Shown: piece after piece, positions 1-9,811 of the stretch
Position numbering within the stretch: position 1 is the stretch's first letter
Layout: every line of letters begins with the position of its first letter
DNA from: an uncultured Actinomycetes bacterium
GTDB taxonomy: Bacteria > Actinomycetota > Coriobacteriia > Anaerosomatales > PHET01
NCBI GenBank assembly: GCA_963700665.1
Contig: CAVOYK010000011.1
Location: 122,527-186,526 of the forward strand
DNA length: 64,000 nt
Reading direction: 5' to 3'
The notes under the pieces: generated by a model
Databases searched by the model: none
Told to the model about the DNA's origin: nothing
The model's input: only the letters and a program-made list of their open reading frames with translations
Program-made: the position numbers and the translations under genes

Positions 1-1770
1 CTCGAGGCCCAGGCGCGTGAGGCGGACGCTGCGATCGCAGACGGTGAGCGCGGAATCGCTCTGATCGACGTCGACGAGCGGGTCATCGCTGCAGGGCCTG
101 AACTCTCGGCGGTACTCGACGAGACATCCGGGTTCCGTCAGAGGCTCGAGTCCATAGCGTCCGCCGAGAACGCCGCCGAGGACGTGGATCGTCGCGTCAA
201 GGCGACGGCACTACCCGAGGACGCACGCGATAGCGTTGAGAACCGCGCGGCCCTGGACGCATGGCGCGATCGCCTGGCCGAGCTGCGAGTCAAGGCGGAG
301 GCCGCCGAGGAATCGGCGCGCCGGGTGGAGGCGCAGGCCGCGAGCACCGAGAAGGTGGCCGCCGACACAGCGGTTGGGCCCGCCGCCTCGAACAGGCTTC
401 CTTTCGCCCTGGCGGTCGGTGCCGTGGTGGTCGGCGTCGCGTTCGTTGCGGCCGGGCTGATGCTCCGCCAGCCGCTCGCATCCGTGCTGGGAGCCGTCGT
501 GCTGCTGGTTGGTGCCATCGCGGGTGCCCTCGGGCTGTCGCGTCGACCGTCCTCTGCGGATGCGGGGACGAGTCTCTCGGCAGACGCGGCTCGGCTGCGT
601 GCGGATGCAGAGGCGCAGCGGACACTCGCGACCGCCGCGACAGCCGAGCTGGAAGTGGCGAAGGAGGAGTGGCGAGCATGGCTGGCGGCGGCCGGGCTCG
701 ACGCCCACGGCGACGACCCTGCGGCAGTGCGCTCGCTGCTGGACGAACTCGCCGAGCGCCAGCGTCTCCTGGTCGACGCAGAGCGCCACCGCGAGACGGC
801 ATCGCGCGAGCGGGATGCCGCGGAGGCGTGGGTCGTGCGCCTGGTGGACGCGATTCGCCGCTACGACGATTCGGGCGGGCAGATCGTGCCGCTCGCCGAA
901 GCCACCGGGCTAGCCGCGCGCGCGAAGCGTGATCTCGAGGTGGCACGCGAAGCGGCGGCTGAGCGTGCGCAACTCACCCGTGAGCTGGAGGTTGAGCGGA
1001 CCGAGCGCCGCCGGATCGGCGAGCGCCTCGACTCTGCGCGGGCGGTATCGGCCCAGATTGCGGGGCGCCACGAACTTGACCCCGCCACGGCACTGCCCGC
1101 GCTTCGTTCGCTTGTCGACCGGACGGCTGCGGAGCTATCCGACGTGCGTGCGGCCCACGACGCCCTCGCGCGCGAGCACAGCGAGCTCACGGGGCGGCTC
1201 AACACCGAGGGGCGCGACAACGCGATGGCGATCGTACGCCAGCAGATCGAAAGCGCTCGCGCGCAAGCCGCCGACGCGGCAGACAGGTACCTGGTGGCCG
1301 CGCTCGGCGTGAGCCTGCTCGACGGTGCGCGCGAGCGGTTCGAGCGCGAGCGCCAGCCTGAGGTGGTGCGGACGGCCGGCCGCGTCTTCTCGGCGATGAC
1401 CGACGGTCGCTACATCGACGTGCGCGTGCCGCTCGACAACAGTGGGATCTCCGTTGTCACGGCGGACGGGACGGTGCGCTCGACGGCGGATCTGTCGCGG
1501 GGAACCGCCGAGCAGCTCTACCTCGCGCTGCGGGTCGGGCTGATCGGCGCTCTGAAGGACCAGGGACGCTCGCTTCCGATCCTCATGGACGACGTGGTGG
1601 TCAACTTCGATCCCGAGCGTCGGAGCGGTGCGGTGCAGGCCGTCTCTGAACTTGCTGCGCTGCGGCAGGTCGTCTTCTTCACCTGTCATCCGGAGACCGC
1701 CGAGGCGCTGACAGAAGCGGTCTCGGGTGCCGTGCTCGTGACGCTCGATCGCTGCTCGCTTTCGGGCTAG
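1..1770 (+). CDS. SMC/YhaN-like AAA ATPase, C-terminal part (5' end lies outside the window)
   Basis: Frame 1 is open from nt 1, with no stop before the ORF-track Met at 184. A long Ala/Glu/Arg-rich coiled coil is followed by an ABC/SMC-type signature (TAEQLYLALRVGL), a Walker B/D-loop (LPILMDDVVVNFD) and FFTCHPE near the C-terminus. Confidence 0.6.
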   Translation, partial: LEAQAREADAAIADGERGIALIDVDERVIAAGPELSAVLDETSGFRQRLESIASAENAAEDVDRRVKATALPEDARDSVENRAALDAWRDRLAELRVKAEAAEESARRVEAQAASTEKVAADTAVGPAASNRLPFALAVGAVVVGVAFVAAGLMLRQPLASVLGAVVLLVGAIAGALGLSRRPSSADAGTSLSADAARLRADAEAQRTLATAATAELEVAKEEWRAWLAAAGLDAHGDDPAAVRSLLDELAERQRLLVDAERHRETASRERDAAEAWVVRLVDAIRRYDDSGGQIVPLAEATGLAARAKRDLEVAREAAAERAQLTRELEVERTERRRIGERLDSARAVSAQIAGRHELDPATALPALRSLVDRTAAELSDVRAAHDALAREHSELTGRLNTEGRDNAMAIVRQQIESARAQAADAADRYLVAALGVSLLDGARERFERERQPEVVRTAGRVFSAMTDGRYIDVRVPLDNSGISVVTADGTVRSTADLSRGTAEQLYLALRVGLIGALKDQGRSLPILMDDVVVNFDPERRSGAVQAVSELAALRQVVFFTCHPETAEALTEAVSGAVLVTLDRCSLSG

Positions 1771-4334
1771 GCCTTCCGTCCAGCGAAGCGCAGCCGCCAC
1801 GAGTTGGCGACCACCGCCAGCGACGAGAGCGCCATGGCCACCGCCGCTGTGATCGGGTCGAGCACGCCCGTCACCGCCAGCGGCACCGTCACCAGGTTGT
1901 AGGAGAACGCCCACAACAGGTTCTGGTTCACGACGCGCCGAGTCGAGCGCGCGATGTCGACCAGCGGCGCCAGCGAGGCCAGGGGCGAGCCCGACGCTGC
2001 CTCGATGTCGAGCGCGATGCCTTCCCGAGAAGCCGCAGCTCGGTAGCGCTCCGCGGCGACCGGGTCGCCCAAGAGCACGACGTCGGCCGCAAGCTGGGCC
2101 ACGTCACTCGCGCCCCCCACCGCCACGGCAAGGTCGGCTGCGGCGAGCGCTGCCGCGTCGTTGATCCCGTCGCCGACGAACGCGACGGACGCCCGGGCGG
2201 TCGTATCGGGGCCATCGAGTGCGAGTTCCTCGGCAAGCTCGCGAACGACACGCTCCTTGTCGTGCGGAAGCACTTCCGAGAAGACCCGTTTCGCACCGAG
2301 GGTCTTTGCCACGGCCGATGTGGTCGCCGAGGCATCACCGCTGACGATCGCCACTTCGATCCCTCGCCGCGCGAGCGAGGCGAGCGCGGGTGCGGCGTCG
2401 GCTCTGAGCCGGTCGGCGAGCACGATCCCACCGAGCACGCGATCGCCCCGGGCCACCCACACGACGATGCGGCCGGCCGCGCGCTCCAGCTCCGACGCGG
2501 ACCTGGACTCCGGCGGCAGACCGATGTCGTTGAGCCCGAGCAGCCGCTCCGAGCCCACGAGCACGACCTGTCCGTCGACGACGCCGCTCACACCCATGCC
2601 CGGCTGGCGGTCGACCGACTCGGCGGGCAGGATCTGGGCCTGACGGTCTCGAGCAGCGGATACGATCGCGCTGGCGACGGGGTGCGCGTCGCCCGCCTCC
2701 AGGGCGGCGGCCGCGCCCAGCAGGGTGGCGGTCTCGGATTCGGAGAGGGTCGCGGGAACCGTCCCCGCTACGCCCGGGCGACCCTCGGTGAGCGTACCTG
2801 TCTTGTCGAGGGCCACCAGACGCAGGCCGCCAGCGCGCTCCAGGGCCGGGCCACCGCGTATCAGGGCTCCGCGGTGGGTGCCGGCTCCGATGGCGTTCAC
2901 CACCGCGAGCGGTGTCGCCAGCCCCAGCGCGCACGGACACGCCACCACGAGCACGGCCACGGCGCGGGCGACGCCCTCACTCGGGCCGACGCTGAACGCA
3001 CCGATCAGGAGAGTCGCCGCGGCCACTGCGAGCACCACCGGTACGAACACCGCAGCCACGGCGTCGGCGAGCCGCTGTGCGTGCGACTTCGCGAAGACAG
3101 CGTCTTCGACCAGGGAGGCCAGACGGCCGGTCAGCGTCTCGGACGCAACGCGCGTCACGCGTACGGTCAAGACCCCGGTCAGGTTCACCGTGCCCGCCCA
3201 GACGTCGCTGCCAGGCAAGACCTCGACGGGCAACGGCTCGCCGGTGAGGCGTGACCGGTCGAGATCGCTCTGGCCGGCCTCGACCACCCCGTCGACGGGA
3301 ACCCGCTCTCCGGGCCGCACGGCGAGCAGGGCGCCAGGTTCCACGCTCTCCAGCGGTACGTGGACCGCCTCGACCAGGTCGCCCGACTCCGGCAGTAGCC
3401 AGGCCTGCTCGGCCTGCGTGCCCGAGGCAAGCGCCGCTATCGCGCGAGCTGCGTCCCGCTGGCCGAGAGACTCCAGCCAGCGGCCGAACAACACGATCGT
3501 CGTGATCATCGCGGCGGACTCGAAGTAGGTCGGACCGCCACCCCACAGCGTTGCCCACAGGCTGTAGAGCCATGCGGTCCACGTCCCCAGCACCACGAGC
3601 GTGTCCATGGTGGCGCGTCTGACGCGCGCCGCCCTCCACGCACCTGAGAGAAACGGCCAGCCTGAGTACAGGAGGACGATGAGCGATCCCACGGCGGTGA
3701 ACAGCTCGATCTGCTGCACTCCGCCGTACTCTTGGGAGAGGAACGCGGGATAGAGGATGAACAGCGTCGGCCACAGCACCCACATGCCGATGGCGGCGCC
3801 TACGAAGAATCGCAGAAACACGTCGGCTGAGTCCGAGGCGCCGGCGTCTGCCATCCGCGCCGGTTCCGCTCGGTAGCCCAGCAGCGAGAAGCGCTCGGTG
3901 AGCGCGTCGCGATCAACGCGTTTGGGGTCGTAGGTGACTCGCGCGAGAGATGCCGCGTAGCTCACCTCGGCGTCGAGCACTCCGTCCAAGCCCAGGAGCG
4001 CGTCTTCGAGCACCAGCGCACACGACGAGCACCACATTCCGCCCACGCGCAGGGTCTCACGACGAGCGCCGGCCGCCGCTGCGGCCTCAGCCTTGCGCTC
4101 GGCAGCTCGCGAAGCGCGCACGCGCCGGTCCCCGGGTGCGGACAGGAGCTCGGAGATGCCGTTGGCCTCGGCCGCGGTCCAGACCCGTTTGCATCCCTCG
4201 CAGCAGAACTCGTGCTCGCCATCGCGAAGCGGCCGACCGATGAGCGGCAGGCCGCACAGGTCACAGCCCTGGGCGCGCTCGTGGTGCGGCCGCTCGCCGC
4301 TCCCAGAATCCGCAACGTCCGGCGTGGCCGTCAC
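1767..4334 (-). CDS. ccoI: Copper-translocating P1B-type ATPase of the CcoI/FixI type
   Basis: Intact 855-aa ORF. It has an N-terminal Cys-rich CcoI-type metal-binding region (CDLCGLP...CCEGCKRVW) and an HMA domain with CSSC. It also has a CPC transport motif (ACPCALGLATP), a DKTGTLT phosphorylation site and a GDGINDAAALA hinge. It is the last gene of the cbb3 cluster and starts with GTG at 4334. Confidence 0.85.
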   Translation of the reverse strand: MTATPDVADSGSGERPHHERAQGCDLCGLPLIGRPLRDGEHEFCCEGCKRVWTAAEANGISELLSAPGDRRVRASRAAERKAEAAAAAGARRETLRVGGMWCSSCALVLEDALLGLDGVLDAEVSYAASLARVTYDPKRVDRDALTERFSLLGYRAEPARMADAGASDSADVFLRFFVGAAIGMWVLWPTLFILYPAFLSQEYGGVQQIELFTAVGSLIVLLYSGWPFLSGAWRAARVRRATMDTLVVLGTWTAWLYSLWATLWGGGPTYFESAAMITTIVLFGRWLESLGQRDAARAIAALASGTQAEQAWLLPESGDLVEAVHVPLESVEPGALLAVRPGERVPVDGVVEAGQSDLDRSRLTGEPLPVEVLPGSDVWAGTVNLTGVLTVRVTRVASETLTGRLASLVEDAVFAKSHAQRLADAVAAVFVPVVLAVAAATLLIGAFSVGPSEGVARAVAVLVVACPCALGLATPLAVVNAIGAGTHRGALIRGGPALERAGGLRLVALDKTGTLTEGRPGVAGTVPATLSESETATLLGAAAALEAGDAHPVASAIVSAARDRQAQILPAESVDRQPGMGVSGVVDGQVVLVGSERLLGLNDIGLPPESRSASELERAAGRIVVWVARGDRVLGGIVLADRLRADAAPALASLARRGIEVAIVSGDASATTSAVAKTLGAKRVFSEVLPHDKERVVRELAEELALDGPDTTARASVAFVGDGINDAAALAAADLAVAVGGASDVAQLAADVVLLGDPVAAERYRAAASREGIALDIEAASGSPLASLAPLVDIARSTRRVVNQNLLWAFSYNLVTVPLAVTGVLDPITAAVAMALSSLAVVANSWRLRFAGRKA

Positions 4335-4344
4335 GGGGGCGGTC

Positions 4345-5110
4345 TCACACGCTCGCGGCCAGGCCGACGCCCTGCCACACGACGACGAGGCCCAGCGCGA
4401 TCACGATCAGCCCGGAGGCGGTCGCGAAGGCCCCCCTGGCGCGCGCGCCGAGCAGGCCGCTTGCGGCACCGAACCCGGCAAGCGCGGGCACCGTGCCCAG
4501 GCCGAACATGAACATGGTCAGGGCTCCGTAGAGCGGATAGCCCGTTGCGAGTGCGGCTATCTCCACCGGCAGCAGCGGCGCGCAGGGCATGAGTCCCATC
4601 AACATGCCGAGCGCGAATCCCCAGCGTGGTCCGCGGTTCAGCAGCGACGCAGTGGCGCGCCCGAACCACGCCCTGCTCGTGACCAGGCGCGTCGGCTCCG
4701 GTATGCGCCATCCTCTGCCGCGCAGCGATCCCGCAAGCAGCACGACTCCTGCGAGCACCATCGCCACGCCGCCCGCCAGCTTGAGCCAGCGAGTCATCGA
4801 CTCAGGCGAGAAAGGTCCCGAGAGTGCGGCGAGCGCGCCGGCTTGGCCGAGCAGCCCGAGCAGCGCACCGAGCAGCGTGTAGGTCAGGATGCGGCCTCCG
4901 TGGTAGCCGAACTGGAAGCCGCAGCGGTCGCCGAGCCGCTCCGCCGCCACCGGCGGCTCGCACGCCACAGCCTTCGGCAAGCGAGGCTGCGGCGACGAAC
5001 GGCCCGCACATGGCCAAGCAGTGCCCGAACCCCCCGGTCAGGCCGAGGAGGAACGCTCCCCACAGGCCGGCCGCCCCGAGGCCGGCCATCTGCATGCTGC
5101 CGTGGTCCAC
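4345..5110 (-). CDS. DsbD_2/TauE-SafE-like polytopic membrane protein; one frame break in this sequence
   Basis: The N-terminus MDHGSMQMAGLGAAGLWGAFLLGLTGGFGHCLAMCGPF lies in ORF 4802..5110. The continuation (GYHGGRILTYTLLGALLG ... MLMGLMPCAPLLP ... GLGTVPALAGF) lies in ORF 4345..4980 in another frame. The switch is near 4975-4990. It sits between the FixP_N-like gene and ccoI. Confidence 0.55.
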
Positions 5111-5434
5111 CTACTTGGTGAGGAACTGGTCGAAGGCGCCCAGCGGTCCGTTCAGGGCTCGAACGAAGTACACGACGTAGAACACGAGGAAGACGACGTA
5201 GCCCACGATGATCCCCTTGATGATGAAGGGCACCTTGCCGTGGGCCTCTTCGAGACCGTCGGGGTAGTGGTGAACGGGCTCGGCGACATCGGGGACGGCG
5301 TCCTCGGCCGGAACGAGGTCATTGTCAGCCTTGCGAAACCACCCCGAGCGCACGGTGAAGTAGACCACGAGGAAGAAGGCGACGCCCACGGCGAGCGCCC
5401 AGAGCGTAGCTGCGAGTTGTTGCGACTGCGGCAT
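5111..5434 (-). CDS. Small two-TM membrane protein resembling the N-terminal (FixP_N) domain of cbb3 subunit CcoP
   Basis: The start is taken at MPQSQQ (ATG 5434), with AGGAG 8 nt upstream. The block VHHYPDGLEEAHGKVPFIIKGIIVGYVVFLVFY resembles the H-x-YDGI-x-E-x-DN-x-LP-x-WW block that precedes the TM helix of FixP/CcoP. It has no haem motif of its own. Confidence 0.45.
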   Translation of the reverse strand: MPQSQQLAATLWALAVGVAFFLVVYFTVRSGWFRKADNDLVPAEDAVPDVAEPVHHYPDGLEEAHGKVPFIIKGIIVGYVVFLVFYVVYFVRALNGPLGAFDQFLTK

Positions 5435-5438
5435 GACG

Positions 5439-5627
5439 TCACGCTCCTGTCTCTGTGTCGGCAGAGTCAGACTCGCCGGGGTAGGGGTCATCGATGGCAA
5501 GCACGACACCCGCCGCCCCCGCGAGGTCACGCCACTGACCGGCGGCGACCGACCACGCAAGTGCAACGGCGGCGATCGAGAAGAAGACGACGAACGTCGC
5601 GATGATCATGTAGACGGAGAGATCCAT
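5439..5627 (-). CDS. ccoS: cbb3 oxidase maturation protein CcoS/FixS
   Basis: 62 aa with one TM helix, then GQWRDLAGAAGVVLAIDDP. This matches the CcoS hallmark (SGQ[FY]DDL...ILxDD). Its start abuts the stop of the upstream cytochrome gene. Confidence 0.6.
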   Translation of the reverse strand: MDLSVYMIIATFVVFFSIAAVALAWSVAAGQWRDLAGAAGVVLAIDDPYPGESDSADTETGA

Positions 5628-7519
5628 CAGTTGGTCACCTCCGCATCCTTGGCGCCCACCAGGTCACGAGTGTAGAAGATGATGTCCCACTTCTGCTGGT
5701 CGGTGAGGATGAAGCGCCACGCCGGCATCGCCGTGGGATGCAGGTTGGTCTCGTCGCCGCCGTCGAACCCGACGACGCCCTGATCGAGGCGCCAGTACCA
5801 CCACTCGGCGGGCGAGGTGAGGGCCGGCTCCTCGGCGAGGTTCGCGGGTGTGGGCATGAGCGGCGGTCCGTACTGCCCGTCGCCGAGCGCCTTGGGGCCG
5901 TGGCAGCCCGCACACAGAGTGTTGTAGAGCTCCCCGCCGTCGGAGCGGGCCTGGGCGGTGTCGGGCCAGGGTGATTCGAGTGCTTGGTAGCGCACGGGCA
6001 GGTCGTCGCTGACGTCTTCGGGCTCGCTGGGTGAGATGAACGTCTTCTTGACGTACTGGATGGCCTCCCAGCGCTCTTGCTCGGAGAGGAGAACGCCCCA
6101 CTGCGGCATGCCGGTGTTGTTGATGCCGACGGTGACCTTCCAGAAGAGCTCGGACTCCGGCATCGTGTCGAACTCGTCGACCGTGAAGTTCGCGGGCGGC
6201 GGAACGAGGTTCTGAGCCGACTGGCCGTCGCCTTGCCCCGCGTCGCCGTGACACATCCAGCAGCGCTTCAGGTAGACCTCGCGGCCCCGCATGACGTCCG
6301 TGCCCGCGGGCATCTTGAGCGGTTCGACGTTGGCGGGAATCTCCGGGTCGCCCGGTTCGGCGTTCGGGTCGGGGAACAGCAGGATCGTGCGGACGTAGTT
6401 CGAGATCGCCCAGCGCTGGTCCTCGTCGAACCAGTACTTCCACTGCGGCATCGCCCGCATCGGGATCGATTCGCTGACGCGCCAGTAGTAGTCCTGCGGG
6501 GTCCACTCCGCGTACGTCGCCGTCTCGAGGAAGCTTGGCGCCGCAGGCTGCAGGCCCAGTGCGTCCGGACCGTCTCCTGCTCCACCGTAGCCGTGGCAGA
6601 ACGCGCAGTTCATCACCCACATGGCCTTGCCGGTGGCGATGACCTCCTCGGACTGATCCGCCGGCTCCTTCGCGCTCGCGTACTCTGCGGGCATGTCGCC
6701 CTCGTCGGTGAAGTGCGGGACCATGTCCATGAACGCGCCTTGGATGAACGCGATGGCCAGCCAGCGGTCCTTCTCGCTCATCGACTGCTCCCACTGCGGC
6801 ATGACGGTGCCGGGCACCCCCTCGCTCAGCCGCCAGAAGAAGTACGAGGGATCGAGGTTCCTGAACCGAGGCTGCCGCAGGTTCGCCGGACGAGCGTTGT
6901 TCATGTTCGCGTACGGCCCGTCGCCGCTTCCCGAGCAGCCGTGACACGTCAGGCAGTGCTCGGCGTAGATCTTGCGACCCGCGTTCCACGTCTCGATGTC
7001 GGTCGGGAAGGGCTGCTTCTGATTGTTGTACTCGGCGGGCACCATCAGGTCCGTGCTGGCGTTTTGCTTGTTGCCCATCCTGTTGAGGTAGGCGACGAGC
7101 GCCTCGAGCTGGCGATCGGTCAGGTAGCTGAACGCCGGCATGATCGAGTTGGGCGTGAACTTCCGAGGATCGCGGAGGTGATCCATCTCCCACCTGTCTC
7201 CGCGCTTGAATCCGATGTTGGCGAGGTCGGGACCGGTGCGAAGCGTGCCGAGCTGGTGCGGGCTGTCGTAGACGTACTCGCCGGCCCGGCTCGGCTTGGA
7301 GGTCGAGTGGTCGTTGGGGCGCGTGAACTGGCTGTGGCAGTAGACGCAGCCGTTCGACTTGTAGAGCTCGAGGCCCTCCTTCTCGAGCGCGGTGTACTGA
7401 TTCGTGATTATGGTGGGCGCTGGCTTGAACACCGCGACCGGCAGGAACACCACGACGGCGACGACGCTCAGCACTACAGCAAGGCCGCCGATGATGATCG
7501 TCTTGGGCGTCATGTGCAT
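5627..7519 (-). CDS. ccoO: cbb3 oxidase subunit CcoO fused to four additional c-type cytochrome modules (pentahaem)
   Basis: Intact 630-aa ORF. An N-terminal TM helix is followed by a FixO-like monohaem domain (CVYCHSQ ... GPDLANIGFKRGDRWEMDHLRDPRKFTPNSIMPAF). Then come CLTCHG, CAFCHG, CWMCHG and CAGCHG, each followed by an MPxW-type Met segment (VMPQW, AMPQW, GMPQW, AMPAW). That gives five CXXCH motifs in total. It starts 16 nt after the ccoN stop. Confidence 0.85.
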   Translation of the reverse strand: MHMTPKTIIIGGLAVVLSVVAVVVFLPVAVFKPAPTIITNQYTALEKEGLELYKSNGCVYCHSQFTRPNDHSTSKPSRAGEYVYDSPHQLGTLRTGPDLANIGFKRGDRWEMDHLRDPRKFTPNSIMPAFSYLTDRQLEALVAYLNRMGNKQNASTDLMVPAEYNNQKQPFPTDIETWNAGRKIYAEHCLTCHGCSGSGDGPYANMNNARPANLRQPRFRNLDPSYFFWRLSEGVPGTVMPQWEQSMSEKDRWLAIAFIQGAFMDMVPHFTDEGDMPAEYASAKEPADQSEEVIATGKAMWVMNCAFCHGYGGAGDGPDALGLQPAAPSFLETATYAEWTPQDYYWRVSESIPMRAMPQWKYWFDEDQRWAISNYVRTILLFPDPNAEPGDPEIPANVEPLKMPAGTDVMRGREVYLKRCWMCHGDAGQGDGQSAQNLVPPPANFTVDEFDTMPESELFWKVTVGINNTGMPQWGVLLSEQERWEAIQYVKKTFISPSEPEDVSDDLPVRYQALESPWPDTAQARSDGGELYNTLCAGCHGPKALGDGQYGPPLMPTPANLAEEPALTSPAEWWYWRLDQGVVGFDGGDETNLHPTAMPAWRFILTDQQKWDIIFYTRDLVGAKDAEVTN

Positions 7520-7535
7520 CTGTCAGACGTCCTTT

Positions 7536-8950
7536 CTAGGCGGTCGCGGCCGCATCGGCGGCGGGCGCCGTCTCGGCCTTCTCGGCGGGCATCTGTTGTC
7601 TGGCGAGCGTCCGAAACGCGTTGTACGCGAACAGGTACTGAGCCCCGATGATCACGGTGCCGAATGCCGCTCGGCCGATCCACATGGGTCTCACGCCGCG
7701 AAGAACCGCGATGAGCGGGATGCCCTGGGCGAAACCGGTGGCCTGCGTGAGGCCGGCGGCCGTGAGCACGAAGAAGAAGCCGAGGAACCCGACGGTCGTG
7801 AGCCACCAGTGAGTCCACGCGAGGCGCTCCGAGTACAGCGGGCGACCGGTGAGGCGCGGGAAGACGTAGTAGACGGTGGCCCACATCGTGTAGGCGACGA
7901 AGCCCAGCAGCGCCAGGTGGGCGTGGGCCACGCTCCAGTTGGTGAAGTGGACGTACTGGTTGAATCCGCGCAGTGCCTGGAGCGAGCCCTGGAGGCTCAC
8001 CGCCATGTACCAAAACGCGCCGGTCAGCGCGAAGCGCAGCGGTATCGGAGTAGAACGCCTTGCGCCACGATCCTCGCACGGTCATGAACATGTTGATCAC
8101 GAACGCCGTGACCGGGATGAGCAATCCGACAGACGTCACCACCGAGATGACCTTGAGCCACTCCGGTACCGGAGCCTGGAGGATGTGGTGCGTGCCCACG
8201 GCGGTGTAGAAGAAGGCCAGGAACCAGAATGCTATGAGCGCCAGCGTGTAGGCGTACAGCGGGCGCTTCACTTCCTTGGGGACGATGTAGTAGAGCAGCG
8301 GGATGGAGCCGGTCGTGAACCACAGGCCGAGGATGTTGTGACCGTAGAACCAGCCCCAGATCGCATCGTTGAGACCGGTGAGCGCGCCTGCGGGAGGAGC
8401 CCAGATGACGTTGCCGATCGAGAAGACGATCGGGAACCAGATGAGCGTGCCCATGATGTACCACAGCGACACGTAGAGGTCTTTCTCCTTGCGCCGCCCG
8501 ATCGTCATGAACAGGTTGAAGGCCTGTCGCTACGAGCAAGACCACGATGCCGATGTCGATCGGCCAGGCCAGCTCGGCGTACTCACGCGCCTGCGTCCAC
8601 CCGACGAACAGGCCGCCGACGCCGATCGCCAAGGCGAGGTTCCACGCGTACGCCACCACAACGGCGAGCGTCTCGGAGTAGATCTTGGTCTTGGTGAGGC
8701 GCGGGACGATGTAGTACCACCCGCCGACCATCGCCATCGACAGCCACCCGAACGCCAGGCCGTTGACGTGCGCCTGTCGCATGCGCGGGAACACCAGCCA
8801 CGGTATCCCGGCTGCGAAGTCCGGGGCGATGAAGTCGATGGCCTGCAGCAATCCGAGCGTGATGGCCAGCACGAGCCAGACGATCGCCGAGACCATATAG
8901 GTCTTGGCGGCCCGGTCCTCGTAGGGCCGTGCCACATCGGCGGCAGCCAT
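7536..8950 (-). CDS. ccoN: cbb3 oxidase catalytic subunit CcoN; two frame breaks in this sequence
   Basis: Three collinear pieces lie in three frames. Piece 1 (8950 to ~8520): MAAADVARPYEDRAAKTYMVSAIVWLV...HVNGLAFGWLSMAMVGGWYYIVPRL. Piece 2 (8508 to ~8040): LWYIMGTLIWFPIVF...GHNILGLWFTTGSIPLLYYIVPK...VGTHHILQAPVPEWLK. Piece 3 (8006 to 7536): QYVHFTNWSVAHAHLALLGFV. A GGGGAGGG Shine-Dalgarno lies upstream of ATG 8950. Confidence 0.85.
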
Positions 8951-9083
8951 AGTCCCTCCCCGTTCGCGTCTGAGCCGCCGACAAGCGACGGCTCCTCCCA
9001 CGCCATTCTAGCCGAGCGATGAGCGAGTCGTCCGTACACCCAATTGCGGGAACATGTAGATTGTGTGGATTCTGTTTGGGGGC

Positions 9084-9732
9084 ATGCGCGTGTTCAGAGA
9101 CAGACACGACGCAGGGCGACAGCTCGCCGAGGTGTTGCGCGCGTACGAGGGGTCGAGCCGACGCAGTCGTGCTCGGCATCCCGCGTGGTGGCGTGATCGT
9201 CGCGGCCGAGGTGGCCCGCGCGCTGGGTCTGCCGCTCGACGTCGCGGTGGCCGCAAAGGTCGGCGCGCCGGGCAATCCCGAGTACGCCGTCGGGGCGGTC
9301 GCCGCCGATGGCGAGGTGACCGCGAATCCGGGCGCTGGCTACTCGGCCGAGCAGGTCCGCGCCATCTCCGGAGCTGCGCACGCGAAGGTCGAGGCCCAGC
9401 TGGCCAAGGCTCGCGGCGACAGGCCGCCGCTCGAGCTTGCCGGCAAGACCGCGATCCTGGTCGATGACGGGCTGGCGACCGGTCTTACCGCGACGGCCGC
9501 GGCCGACTGGCTGCGCCGAGAAGGTGCCGCCCGTGTCGTTGTCGCGGTGCCGGTGGCGCCGCCCGACACCGTGCGGGCGATGAGCGCACACGCCGACGAG
9601 GTCGTCGTGGTCGAGGTGCCGCGCTTGTTCTCGGCGGTCGGGCAGTTCTACCGCGAGTTCGGCCAGACGGACGACGCCGAGGTTCGGCAGCGCTGGACGC
9701 TGCCGGGGAACGGCGCCGACGACGCGGGGTAG
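9084..9732 (+). CDS. Phosphoribosyltransferase-family protein; one frame break (~9150)
   Basis: MRVFRDRHDAGRQLAEVLRAYEG lies in the frame of ORF 9063. It continues as DAVVLGIPRGGVIVAAEVARALGLPLDV...KTAILVDDGLATGLTATAA in the frame of ORF 9019 (PRPP-binding VDDGxATG loop). Confidence 0.7.
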
Positions 9733-9811
9733 AATCGTCCGGCGTCGCCTCGAGCGAGTCGACGGCAGGTGCAGACCGCGCTGTCCGACCACGCGGCACC
9801 CGAGGAGAGCG

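Noticed and set aside
5664-7651. Very long ORFs overlapping the cytochrome gene: 5664..7193 minus strand (509 aa) and 6077..7651 plus strand (524 aa).
   Set aside because: Their translations are Arg/Ala/Pro/Gly-rich low-complexity strings with no motifs, typical of off-frame or antisense reading of ~70% G+C coding DNA. The in-frame 630-aa protein has five CXXCH motifs and a FixO-like domain. The same reasoning applies to most other long shadow ORFs in the track, such as 290..946, 15843..16910, 37875..39038, 39588..40781 and 55188..56330.
9019-9150. A Cys-rich N-terminus of ORF 9019..9732 (GTCRLCGFCLGACACSETD) that looks like a small metal-binding or RiPP-like peptide.
   Set aside because: It is the out-of-frame reading of the intergenic region and the 5' end of the phosphoribosyltransferase. 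The genuine N-terminus (MRVFRDRHDAGRQLAEVL) is in the frame of ORF 9063 and joins the rest after one frame break.
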